DNA of 64,000 bases, taken from NCBI RefSeq assembly GCF_001194135.2, contig NC_069002.1, positions 37,120,538 through 37,184,537 on the forward strand. Reading direction: 5' to 3'. The notes below the pieces were generated by a model, which did no database searches, was not told the origin of the DNA, and saw only the letters and a list, made by a program, of their open reading frames with translations. Positions 31,571 to 44,700 of the stretch are shown piece by piece (positions within the stretch are counted from its first letter, which is position 1; each line of letters opens with the position of its first letter). The stretch comes from Octopus bimaculoides (Eukaryota). The translations under genes were made by a program, and so were the position numbers.

Positions 31571-34500
31571 TCCGTAATTATCAAGGGAAGATGAATATCA
31601 GCTGTCAGTTTGGCGTGTAAATAAGAAAAGATTGAATATTGAACTTTAAGAAACAGTCTGGAAGTGTTGTCTCTTTCTAGGCCAAAATTGATGAATGGGA
31701 AAAGGCCAGCTGTAAGAGAGAGAAGGAGGGAATGGAAGGTGGACCTGAAATGATGATAATGGTTTGATTGGAACATTTCTTTACAGCCTGAAAGATAAGG
31801 AAGATGTCAGAGCACTGACTGAGCAATGGTCTTTGAATCTCATTTGTTTCTTTATTTTAGGGGTTAGGGTACTTTTATATTTTTACAAGAGAATGCTTAG
31901 GGTTCCATTGTTTTACTAGGATTCATATCTGTGAGTGTATGTACATATACATATACATACATACACATACATCTGTGTGTGTGTATAATTACACATGTAT
32001 GTTGTTTCTTTTGCATTTCAAACATTACAAGTGAAATTGTTGTGATGATGCCATCTTGTGATACCAGTTTACCTCTTGTCGACTTGGCTGTTTCTTCATT
32101 CTGTCAACCACAACAGAGATAGCTGCTAAATATGTTTACTGCTTATCATCACATCTATTCTTTCTGACGATTCTAAGTTCACAATGAAACTTTACAAAAG
32201 ACATTAACGCTTACATGCTCGTCAAAACTTGTGTGCACCAATGTCCCAGTCAAACTCATTGGAAAAACTACCAAAGGGTACTGGAACTTCAGTGAAATTG
32301 CCTGGAGCTAAAATATTGAGAGTTCAAGTGTTAGTTTGAAGCTGTAAGATCTCAGCTAGATTTGGTTGAATCTAGTATTGAGATCTCCAAGTGCACAAGA
32401 GTAATTAAGATTATGAGCACTAATGAAAAAACAAGGAGTAGATGATTATTTGAAGAATAGGGCTTTGTTTTTCATTTGAAGGGGTGATTAAATCACATGA
32501 CTGGTATCTTCAATTTATTGAAGGATAAAATATTTATTTTACACAATAACAAGGCTAATAAAGTCTTTATTAGTTTATTAATAATGAAATTCCTTTCATC
32601 CACTGGCAATTAGCTGTATTGACTCCCTGTCGTGGAGAGAGGTGTCCGTGGGGCCATTCTGGCCTTTCCCAAATGCATCATTGACAGTTGTTACTAGGCA
32701 TTGAATTCCAGGAGTAAAACTAACTTTTGCTCACCACTTCCACTTCAGTACTTGCCTCCTCTTGTGGTGTATTCACCTGATTATAGCCCATCCTCATCCG
32801 AAAGTAATGATGGGCAAAGTTACTCCCAGTGAAATTTGAAGACCACCACAATCAGAGAGTTAAAAACATGGCTCTAATCTCCATGCTGGACTCTGTTGTG
32901 ATTCTATCTTCATTAAGAAACAGTTAATGAGCTTTTTAACAATGGAATACATAATCATTTAAGTTGGTAAAACCAAAACTGTCCTGTGATGTAAGATTAA
33001 TAATTTATTTCTGACAAGGTGTTATTTTAATAGAGAACAAAACCCCTTACCGTAAACCCCCCACCCATTGTTATGTCTTCTGTTACCATAGTCATCTATA
33101 TTATTGTGTGGTTAGGGATATACGCCACCCCCCTCCATCAAATGTCACCTCTTGAATGAATACTTAATGGCTGACTGGTAATAGTTCTCAGTGGTGTGAA
33201 GGGCAGGGGTTTTTCGCACTCCCTTTAAACCTGCTGTCAGCATTGGTGTTAAGAGTTACGGTATAGCTGCAAAACGCCTGGTCTGTGGCACCATTTGCTT
33301 CAATCATCTGTTTCTGACATCTCCGTCATGGGTGGATCTGTTCTGTGACGAAGTTCTCCGGTTTTCCCCAACCCCCCGAAAAAAAATTTTTTTTCACTCA
33401 CCACCCTTTCCTTGCATCTCTTTTGTATTTGGTCAACGATTACAAAAAAAATTTAAATAAAAGCACATACACACATATTTATATATATATATATATATAT
33501 NNNNNNNNNNNNNNNNNNNNNNNNNNNNNNNNNNNNNNNNNNNNNNNNNNNNNNNNNNNNNNNNNNNNNNNNNNNNNNNNNNNNNNNNNNNNNNNNNNNN
33601 NNNNNNNNNNNNNNNNNNNNNNNNNNNNNNNNNNNNNNNNNNNNNNNNNNNNNNNNNNNNNNNNNNNNNNNNNNNNNNNNNNNNNNNNNNNNNNNNNNNN
33701 NNNNNNNNNNNNNNNNNNNNNNNNNNNNNNNNNNNNNNNNNNNNNNNNNNNNNNNNNNNNNNNNNNNNNNNNNNNNNNNNNNNNNNNNNNNNNNNNNNNN
33801 NNNNNNNNNNNNNNNNNNNNNNNNNNNNNNNNNNNNNNNNNNNNNNNNNNNNNNNNNNNNNNNNNNNNNNNNNNNNNNNNNNNNNNNNNNNNNCAGAAAA
33901 ATTTAACTATTAAATTTTTATTCTACTTTTTAATCATTTATTATTGGTTGTTGTTGTTGTTCTTACCTTTCCAAACAGCACTGCGTGGGGCTGCACCAGT
34001 CAGTCAAATGCTGAAGGAGAATCTTACTAACCATTCATTTGAAAGGAAGTGAGGAAGAACGTTCTAATTAAAGTGGGGGGGGGGGGCCTAATCCCTGCTG
34101 TCATTCATTTCTCTTCTATAACAGCAATCACCAACCATTTTTCTACACCATGGACCAGTTTCATTGTTCTAGAGACCAGGGTGGGGATCACATAACAAAA
34201 CACAAAGTGCATAATGTATTGTTTCATGTGGTTTTGTTTGTTGTTGGTGGTTGCAACAGTGAGAGCCTCACAATATAGAAACGTTTCTCACGGCCCCAGC
34301 AGACAAAATGGAAAAGGCATTGCCCTGGCGGATGGAAAGGGAGAGAGATGTGCTGGAACAGCCATCTCTCCCCTGATAGCAGTGAACAGGGATATATATT
34401 CCTGAGGCCAAGAACACTGGAGGTCTCCACTGCCACAGGCTTAACCAGAAACCTGTCTGAGAGGGACCGATGCCTTGGCAGTTTGCTTCTCTCAACCCAA

Positions 34501-35589
34501 CGAGAAACGGAGTCTGGGCTGGTAGCTGACAGCACCAGGTTGAGAAGATGTCACGGCGTGTGGCATCCCAGATGAGGGCCTACCAACCAATATGGAATGG
34601 GGAAAATTGTCATTTAATTTACTTATTACAGATATAAATGCAGAAACACCCAGCAGACTGCAATAGTCAATGAGATAGGATTTTAAAATGTTCTTTCTGT
34701 ATGACCCAGTACCAAAAAATCTCTGCCAGGAGGTTGGAGAATTAAACAGAAACAACATAGATTTGAGAGGACATTTGATCTTGCTTAAGGCCTGACGATC
34801 TGTCTGGTGCTGATGCTGTGTTAAAATGCATCCAGTACTTTCTGCAATGGGATTAGAAACTGGTCAGTAAGTACAGACAAGGATGACCTGTCCAGTCCAT
34901 ACAAACATGGAAAATATAATTGAAGTGTATTGGACAAAATACCCTGGACCTGCTAGAAATAGCAGCCAATTTTCTTTAAACCACACCATTGTCTTTTAAG
35001 AAAGGACGCATGAGATACTGTAATCCTTAATATTCAGAAAGACAGGATGGTCACTCTCTTTTACTAGAAGTCAGTTTGATCTGCTAGAAATAACAACCAA
35101 AATTCTCTCAAATCCTAGCCTGTCATTAAAAAGAAAATGAAGGACACAGAATAATGTTCTGAAGTTACTATGCCTTAAAGAAAGCTGGAAGGTCGTTTAC
35201 ACGGTTACCTCCCTTCAGCTATATTTCATTAAAATGATTTTTTTTTTTTTCAATTATCTTAGATGTTTTCATAACCGTACGCATCTATTTATTATCGCCC
35301 CTTAGACAATATATTCTTAAATTCGTTTTGTATTTTATTGATAGCTTTAACATACATGCACGTATTTTATAAGTGACGAGATTATCATCATAACTTACAA
35401 TCAAGAACGTTTAAAATAAGATACAGTATTTGTCACATAAAACATTGTGCATTATCCTGGAATATATATATATACATATAAACATATACTTATATATATA
35501 TATATATACCTACACATAGACACATGTATACACACGCATACATACAAACATCTATACATGCATATATACATACATATGTAGATATATAT

Positions 35590-36250
35590 GTATATACATA
35601 CACATTCGTTTGTTTTGGTCTTTTGACTACAGCCATGCTGGAGCACCACCATTAGTCAAGCAAATCAACCCCAGGCCTTAATCTTTGTAAACCTAGTACT
35701 TATTATATCGTTTCCTTTTGCCAAACCACTAAGTTACGGGGACGCTAACACACCAGCATCGGTTGTCAAGCGATTTTGGGGGCACAAACATATACAACGG
35801 GCTTCTTTCAGTTGCCGTTTACCAAATCCACTCGCAAGGCTTTGGTCAGCCCAAGGCTATAGAAGACACTTGCCCAAGGTGCCACACATATATATAAATA
35901 CATATGTATACTTACATATACATACACGCATTCTTTCTTTGTTTCAGCCATCCGACTGTGGCCATGCTGTATCAGCACCTTTAGTTAAATTGACCCCAAG
36001 ACTTATTCCTTGTAAGCTTAGTACTTATTCTATCGGTCACTTTTGCCGAACCACTAAGTTATGGGGACGTAAACACATCATCGGTTGTCAAGCGATGGTA
36101 GACACATACATGACAGGTTTCTTTCAGCTTCTGTCTACCAAACTCACTCACAAAGCTCAAGGTTGGCCCAAGGCTTTAGTAGAAGACACGTGCCCAAGGT
36201 GCCATGAAGTGGGACTAAATGTGGACCCATGTGGTTGGTAAGCAAGCTAC
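35590..36250 (-). mobile_element. Two CORE-type SINE copies
   Basis: Reverse complements of the 50123-50515 element (ggcttctttcag...ctaccaaa..cactc.caa.g...gaagacac.tgcccaaggtgcca). Confidence 0.78.
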
Positions 36251-39200
36251 TGTGCCTATAATATATATACACACACATATATACATACATATACAGACAT
36301 TCAACTCAAGATTTCACTTTGGCATGACAATGTTAATAACCTGAAATTAGTCAGGCAGCCTTTGGAATAAAGCATTAGGAAAGTACAGAGCATACGAAAT
36401 TAAAGAAACTACATCTAATCCTCGGTTCTTTCTGCTACAAAATCCAGTGATCCGAGTTGTGTGCTTGTGCATCACCTCATAGCTTTCTCGGAGCTTCTAA
36501 AACGTAGAGCACTTCATCTTGGAGGTCGTAACAGCAATTAGCTAATGTAGTTGATTCTGTAATTCACAATCCCTTATTTCTTTCTGTGTGTGTGAACAAA
36601 AGTTTTTGGAGGTTGTTTAGCCATTAGATTAAAAGCCAGAAACACTGCATTTCAACCACAACAGATCCCCACATTTTCAGGTGGCCATCTTGGACGATAT
36701 TTATCCAATACGTCCCCCCATTGTACAAAACAGTCGGATGTGATTTCAGAGTAATTTGACAGTTATTACTTCTAGACAAAACAAGGCCTTATCAATGCCC
36801 CTTCGTTAACTGAGCTGTTCACACTGAATATCATCATTACGTTCATTATCACAGATTTTATTTTGATATTTTATTAATATTTTGTTTTGTTATTTGGCCC
36901 TTAATTTTAAACTTTGTCATTATTCTGAGTCACTGGTTCAAGATGCTGTTATGTGGACTAATTAATAGACAAATCTCACCATTGTTAATTAAATAGATGG
37001 TATTTATCTGCTCCTAATAATAAAACAAGGTTTCAAAGAAATACAATAATAAAAAAACAGAAAAGCAAAACTTAATGGCTCGAGAATACTATTTTTTTAT
37101 TATTTTGGGACCAAAAGCATTTGATTACAACAGATATATTTATGGTTCTCCTACATAATAATAATAATAATAATAAAAAAGAACAAAACTTTAAAATAAA
37201 ACAAAACTACATTTTGTTTCAATTGTTCATGTAATTGTTCAAATAAAATCAAATTGATGTTTTCAAATGTGAACCATAAGACTTCCTATGATGATGGGAA
37301 TGTAATGGGGAACGAAGAGATGGAGGGGGGGAAAAGAGCCCCCAGCGGGACATACTTCCAAGGATCAGCAGACAGCGTTGTTTGGTGTCAAGAGATGACA
37401 CGATATTAGGGTACAGATTCCATTTCTTCTCTTGTTTTAGCCTTAAAGACATGCAAACAAATACACACACAGCTCAACCATTTGTTTATGAAAACAATCT
37501 GGCAATTTGCACTGAAGAGAGTCTATGTGTTGCCATTTATGAGAGAGAGAGAGCAATAAACTCAGCTAAAATTTATGGGGGGGGGGGATGGTGGTGGTAG
37601 TGGTGGAAGTCAATAGCCAGATACAAAAACATATAAACGTGGTGAGATGAAAGAGAACAAAAATCGAACAGAAGAACATGGGGGGGGGGNNNNNNNNNNA
37701 AAAAAAACAACAACAAAACAAAGCAGCCCTATATTTCTTAACACATAGATATCTTTATATATAATGTGAATGCATTCAATAGTAGAATGCAATCATTTGT
37801 AATGGCTTGAAATATTTACACCAATTTATCAGTAATTAGAGCCAGTTGCAACATCTGGTCCAAAGATCACTCCACCACCACCACCACCAAAAATAAAAAG
37901 TTGGTTAAATGCAAACACAACTATTTAAAAGTCATCATTTAACTGCAGTATTCACATGCATGCATGTATATATACACACATGCACATATACTATTTCATT
38001 AAAATGCAACAGTTGGGATTTAATGCAAACAATGATTTGAAAGAGAAAAATGCAAGAATGTTTTCTCTTCCAGAAATTGAACTCTGCCAGTCAGCTTCAC
38101 AGGGCAAGAGAATTAGCAACCACACTATTTGTACTGTTTGCTAATCAAATCTGAGTAGGTGTGTATTTGTATGAAACGGGGGGGGCACTAATACAAGAAG
38201 GATTAAGTATGTTTTAGCCAGGAACTTTTCAATTTTGTTTAAGTCTTGAGGATCCATCTGGAAAAATGTTCTTCAGAGGCAAAAAAGAACCTCCCTTCCC
38301 CCCTCCCACAAGAAAAAAAAGGATATAACTATGAATACAAAATTATCAACTCAAAAAAATGAAGCCAACAATATTATTGAAAAGGTCAGATGAGGAGTTG
38401 AGTTGATGAGAAGTGATTGAGAAAGTCGGAATCAATGTTTCTATATGCAAATGACAGAAGAAAATATATCAGTTTCTGTGATCTTATGGGAGTAAAAATG
38501 ACATTAATTTAGAGTTGATGAAGATGAGTTTCAGATTTAAAGCTACAAGGTTTTCTGGAATTACTGCAAAGCTAGTTTTAACTATTATTCCTTCTAAACA
38601 CCAGGAACTGAACTAGTTGGCCCACTGCCACACAACATTGCCCACTAGAATCCATGTCAAAGCAGCTTCAAAGAGTCCTTATTGTTAAACTATAAACCTT
38701 ATTTCAAGTAAAATCTTTGAAATGGAATAGATCCACCTTGTTGTTGAAGAAAGAAAAGGGAAAGAAAAAAAACTCAGGTTGTAATAAACAAAACAAAGCA
38801 ACAAGCATAAATAAAGGAACTCTAGACACAAGATAATTATAATCCAAACACTTTAAATCTCATCTCCATATCTCATTATAACTAAAAATAGAAAAAAATA
38901 TATATTTTATATATAATTTCATTTATATAGAATTAAATTGTTTAAAATATTCCATAACCATAAAACACAAACAGAGCTAAGAAAATAAAAACAATTACAA
39001 CTTTATGGTGATGGTATGACTAAGAGATGTTCTCCATTACTCCTCTAGTTCATTAAAGATTCGTCTTTAAAGAAATAATCTCTCTCTCTCTATATTAATT
39101 TCTAACAAGAACTTTTAGAAAGGTTCTTTAGAAACCAAATTTCATTATTACTAATTAAAAGAATTAGCATCGACCTTTTGAAGCCATTGACATCCCAATC

Positions 39201-41494
39201 AAAGCTAAAGCTAGACATATTGTCTTATCGAATAAAAAAAAAATAAATAAGAAAATCATTTAAATAATTAGATGAAATTAAGTAAAGAGATAAAACTATG
39301 AAGCAAGAGCATTTTAAATAAGCAGCATGAAGAAACTAAAATGTGAATTTAAAAATTATTGGAATTGTTGGCCATTAAAATCTAAGTGGAAGATGTTAAA
39401 ATCATCCAAGCAGAATAATATACAAAAGTAACGACAGAAGGGGATTAACTCCTCCCCTTACACTCCCACCCAATATTATATAAAACAGAATGTTATGATG
39501 AGTATAAAACATTTCAAAGTACAGGCACCATACATTGGTCTGAGATTATGACAAATTGAGGATTATTTTGGGGAGTGTCAAATGGCCACAGAAAAAAAAA
39601 AAAAAGTTCATAATATGAAAGAGGTTTCCTTACTAGAATAGAAGACTAAAATAGCACAGTCTAATTATTTATAATGATAACTAATTTAAGATAAACTAAT
39701 CTGGAGGGAAAAAAGTCTTGTAACAATGTTTTAGAGACTGAAAATTATACTAATTAACTAAATAACAAAATGCAAAAACTATAGACTCAAAGACAAGTCA
39801 TGAAGCATTGAGTCACCAGATATTACAAAATGGCCTACAGAAGGGTCCATACATGCTGGCCTGCATATTAAACTCACAAGATACATAACAGAAGGGTCTG
39901 TACAATTTGGCTCAGATCCAAAGTGAAATTAACAGTAAAAATATTTGTTCCATATTGAAATATACCAATGCAATTTTTGGTTTTTAATATATTCTTCTAA
40001 AATTACAAAATATTTAACATATTTGTTCATGAGATGGAAATATGAGAAAAGGATCCCAGCAGCACCTAGTGATTAGGTTTTGATACAAAGACTTTACATT
40101 ATTCTTTTCAAAGTCAAACAGTGCCACCGAGGAATTTTTGCTGGAATTTGCTAGATCTGGTTGATGTTAGCTGCTAGGACCAAGCTTTACAAGTGCTTAT
40201 CAATATAGATATGATGAACAAGTGAATGCAAAGAACAAATTAAAAATAAAAATTCGAAAAATAAACGAAAACAAAAAACTATACAAATGACAGGTGGTTG
40301 ATTGGAAAGGTTTAATATTAAAAACATAAAAATGTTAACACCAAAACCACCACACATGGATGAGATGATAATCTGATTAAGAAGTTTAAAACTATTGTTT
40401 CTCTTAAGTTCTCCACCCAATATCCCTGGAGATGAAATGGGATAGAGTAAATGAGTTTGGCAAATAGAAAGAAGGAACAGAGATATTCAGACTTGTGTCT
40501 GTAACGAGAGTCTCTGACAAGATGTTAGTGTCAATTATAAAACTGAAACAATCAATCATTGAAAGGAAAAAGGAAAGTTGTACAAATAATGCTAACTTTA
40601 TATCTATATGTTCCATTAACAGTGTAGTAGTGGTGATTGTTGTTGCTGCTTGCAGTGTGTTGTAGTAGTAGCAGCACAGAGTTCCATGAACTACTCCATT
40701 GGCATAAAAATATCGGGCCCAATCTCCTACTGCTGCTGCTGCTGCAATAAGAATGGCAAAAGACCACACAAGAAAGATTGGTCTGTGGATGTGAAGATGA
40801 GTTGTGGCAGGAACAATAATGAAGCCAGTTCCACACAACAGCAAAATAGCCATTGGTTTTTATCAGAATGAGAGACGAATCTGAAAAATGAATGGAGGGG
40901 AAAAAAACAGTAAAACCAAAAAAAAAAAAAAAAAAAATAATAATAATAAGAAAATAAACAAAATAAAATTTTCAAAAATGGAACAAAGAACAAATTAATT
41001 ACCCGTCAGGTAACTTCTGTTGTAGGCTACTATTAAGGTGAAATTTCACTTTTTAAATAAATTAAAACTGATGCCCATCGAAGTAAGCTAATTTACTGAG
41101 AATTGAGCAATTATTAACTATGATACTCAACGTAGTTTAACTGAAATGTTTAATACACAAAGAAAAGCTATTTATCAAAGTCATCACTATTGTCCTCGTG
41201 TGCTACAATTTTGAAAACCACTTTTGATAGAAATATCAAAACAACCGTATAAAAAACTTTACAATGTTAATTTAACAAAATACTATTAAAATTTATTCGT
41301 TTTGTCTGCAAATAAATTTCTAAAGAAAAGAATTTTTTTTTTTTAAAAAAAGCAAAAGGTAATTATATCAACTAGTAATTATTTTATTGACCCCAGAAGA
41401 ATGAAAGGTAAATGAAGTGAACCTTGACAGGTTTTGAATGCAAACGAGGCACAGGTAAATACTGCAAAGACTTAAGTCCGATATCCATCGTCTT

Positions 41495-41532
<38 letters not shown>

Positions 41533-41574
41533 AAAAACAACAAACAATAAGTGTGAAGATTACCTATGTGAAGT

Positions 41575-41775
41575 TTATTTAAAAGCCAAGACTGCTTTTA
41601 ATGAGAGATGGTCTGATGGAAAGATTCTGTTTGGAATGAATTTGCAGTCAAGCACATTCTGTTTACTGGGAACTTGCAAGACACCGACAGCCTCTAAGCT
41701 GGTGGAACTGTAGAAAACATAATCCAAACATTCCCGGGTGTGCAAAGTCATGGTGGTCAAGGCTGGTTCATTACT
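41575..41775 (-). CDS. EEP-protein last exon (SNEPALTT...CLDYVFY...[15 protein letters not shown])
   Basis: ttctttgaag acceptor with a TTAAC branch point; EP..T, LDY and SDH motifs; TAA ends at 41575. A second in-frame acceptor exists at 41835. Confidence 0.88.
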   Translation of the reverse strand, partial: SNEPALTTMTLHTRECLDYVFYSSTSLEAVGVLQVPSKQNVLDCKFIPNRIFPSDHLSLKAVLAFK

Positions 41776-44700
41776 CTTCAAAGAAATTGAAATAGTTAAA
41801 ATATCAGTGAAATAATCACATTCCATTTTGGTTTCCTACAAAACTCTCACAACAAATTAACATTCATAATAACAAGCAGCTCAAAAAAATATTGATCTTT
41901 TAATAGTTTAACTGCAGGGGTGACGACCTATTCAAGAACAAAAAGAGAAATAAAATCCATTTAGGAAGATTTTCCTACCAAATAAACTGGATAATATTGC
42001 TTCCAAGTAATTTTCACAAAAATAACTTGTTCGTGATAAAATTGTTTGGAACAAATTGGTTTTCTAACACAACTATAGCTTTTATACTTATATACTAACA
42101 CCACCAGTAGAGAAAAACAAATGTTAAACAATGATGATGGTGAGGAGTACCCATAGAGATGCCAGGGTAATTTTGAAAGCTAAGTTTATACAGAACCATG
42201 AAAAATAGAATTTCTTTAGAAATCAAGTTTTTTTTATTTCTTATGTTAAGTCATGGGTTGTACCAATGGCGCAATCAAAGGAGAAAATATCTTTGAAAAC
42301 TGTATCCTTTATTAGCTCAGAAGTGATTTTTATGTTTAAAGCAACAAGGGAATGCACTTCAGTAATCTACATACAAGAAGAAACTGTTTTGCCTCTTGTT
42401 ACCTTTTTCCCATTATAATGGTGCCATTAAAATTATTGAAAACATTATGTGTTCAGCAAGCTGCTTGAAATAATCTCAACTATGGAACAAAATCAAAGAC
42501 ATAAATCTGTTTATAATATTATTCTGCTAGGAATAGTAATTTGTTGGTAACGTTTTATTCATCATTGTTTTAATGTCTACTTTTCCATGCTTGCATGGGC
42601 TGGACAGAGTTTAAGGAGGTAGATTTTCTATGGCCTAATGACCTTCCTGTCACCAATCCACACTTGTTTCTAAACAAGTAATATTTCCCTATGGCCAGAC
42701 ATATTTTCACAGAATATTCAAAATAAAGACCACTCTCTCGAACATGGGTTGCGTGGATCTCCTTGACAGCATTGCACAAGTACAACACGAGATCTTGTCG
42801 TTGGTATATGTACATCTTTTACCATACACTGACCATGACTGTTGTCAACAGCTGGATTTGGTATAAACATCATGCCAGGTTGTTGGGTTTACAACCAATG
42901 AAACACACCGTTTTCCAAGGGATGATTGCTGAAGCACCATGCCCTATGACACCACGCTCGGCAAAAATCATCTGTAGGAAAGCCCCAGTGGCTGACATCC
43001 GCCTGAGTACACACCTGATTGACAGTGCTGCGAATACAAGGACTGTCAAGCACGCAGTCAAGTGAAGTGATGCAACATGTGGCTATGCTTGAACAAAGAA
43101 ACTCTTTCATGCAATTCCATGTTTGCAAGTGACATTCAGCAAATCAACTCAGTTTGACTGACATTGTAGTAAATATGTTTTGTTGTTTAATTAATAGTGC
43201 TAGATAAAATTTGTACTCTTTGAAATGTTTAGTGAGATGCAAAGACCTATGTGCCAAATTTGGACCATTCGGTGACAATTCCTTAACAGTCAATTGTGCC
43301 AAATTTGGACCATACCATATGATTTTGATTTTTGTATCCATTTGAATATCAAATTTACATGGAAAATAATTGTGTTGTTGGATGTAATGAGCACGTTCTA
43401 GAGGGTTAAATAAAAGGTAAAATTCAAACAGTTTCAGGTAGTTTGGTAACCAAATTACAGGTTGTTAGGTAACATGAGTTAATTAGATGAAATTATGACA
43501 AAATGTTTTAACTTTAGCATACTTCAAAATACTATGTTCTATATAACAGAAACAATTTTAGTAGGGATTAACATAACTTTTATTGATAATGTGTGTATCA
43601 ATGAAGTCTCTTGACACTAAAAGTCAAAAATATTTATCAGGCAAACAATACAATTTACTAAGATTTCAGCTACAATGCCATTGATGACAAATAAGTGAAA
43701 TTCATATAATAAAGCAAACATTATAATGCTTACTATGAAGTAGAAACTAGATTTATGTTTTAGTAACAGGTTATCCAACTATTTTCTCTCTAAACCCCAC
43801 CACCACCCACAAAAATGGAAGAAAAGAGAAATGCAGAAACAATAGTTCTTACCTGTACAACAGCATAGGCACTCTTAAGACTGGATGAAGTGTGCTGGAA
43901 TCCTTCCCAAAGATGATCTACAAGTGCCGATTTCTGTAAAATATTCAGCAATTTAAGAAATTCATTCTGTTTCTTCAAACTTTACATTGACTACTACAAA
44001 TCAGTAAAATATCTACCAAACATCTTCCACAAACAAACTAATTTTTCCTAATTACTATATTAGAACTACATCTTTTTTATTTAAATACAAAACTTTATGT
44101 ACACTTGTATTTTATTGAACAAACTCCAAAATGGGGGGGGGGAGAAAGTGAAGGAGAGAGAGAGAGAGAGAAGGGGGAAGATAGAGAGAAAGATTTATCT
44201 CATCATTTTTTATTTTTGGGGTTTAGTCATTGGACTGTGGCCATGTTGGGGATGGCCTTAAAGGGTTGAGTCAACCAAATAGACTCCAGCATTTATTTTT
44301 GAAGCCCACTACCTATGTCAGTCTGTTTTTGCTAAACTGATAAGTTATGGGGACTTAAATGAATAAACACCAGTTGCCAAACAGTAGTAGAGGATAGACA
44401 CAAACTCAATGCAATGGGACTGACCCTGAAACCATGTGGTTGGGAAGCAAACTTCATACCACCAAAATCCAGCACTTCACTATATCTGGCAAAGACATTT
44501 AGGGCTCAATTATCCAGTCTATCTACTTAAGGAAAGTTAGAGCCTTCTTAAAACAGCAAGAGAAAGAAAAAGATTGAAAACACTCTTGCAAATACTAGTG
44601 TTTCAACTTATGAGTTCAAATTTTTTTAGTATGAATAAAACCTGCTATAGGGTGCCCCCCCCCCATCGAGCGGGGAGGTGTCAGTTAACCACCTGCTACA

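Noticed and set aside
32770-32835. Hairpin gcccatc...gatgggc and an ATGA..AAA..GA pattern in the KAT7 downstream region (SECIS- or hammerhead-like)
   Set aside because: The stem above the putative SECIS core is only 4-5 bp, there is no CTGANGA hammerhead core, and KAT7 has no in-frame TGA apart from the terminal stop.
40187-40993. ORFs of 73-149 aa on both strands
   Set aside because: Driven by (CTG)n/(GTA)n and poly-A runs in probable 3'UTR; no splice context or recognisable domain.
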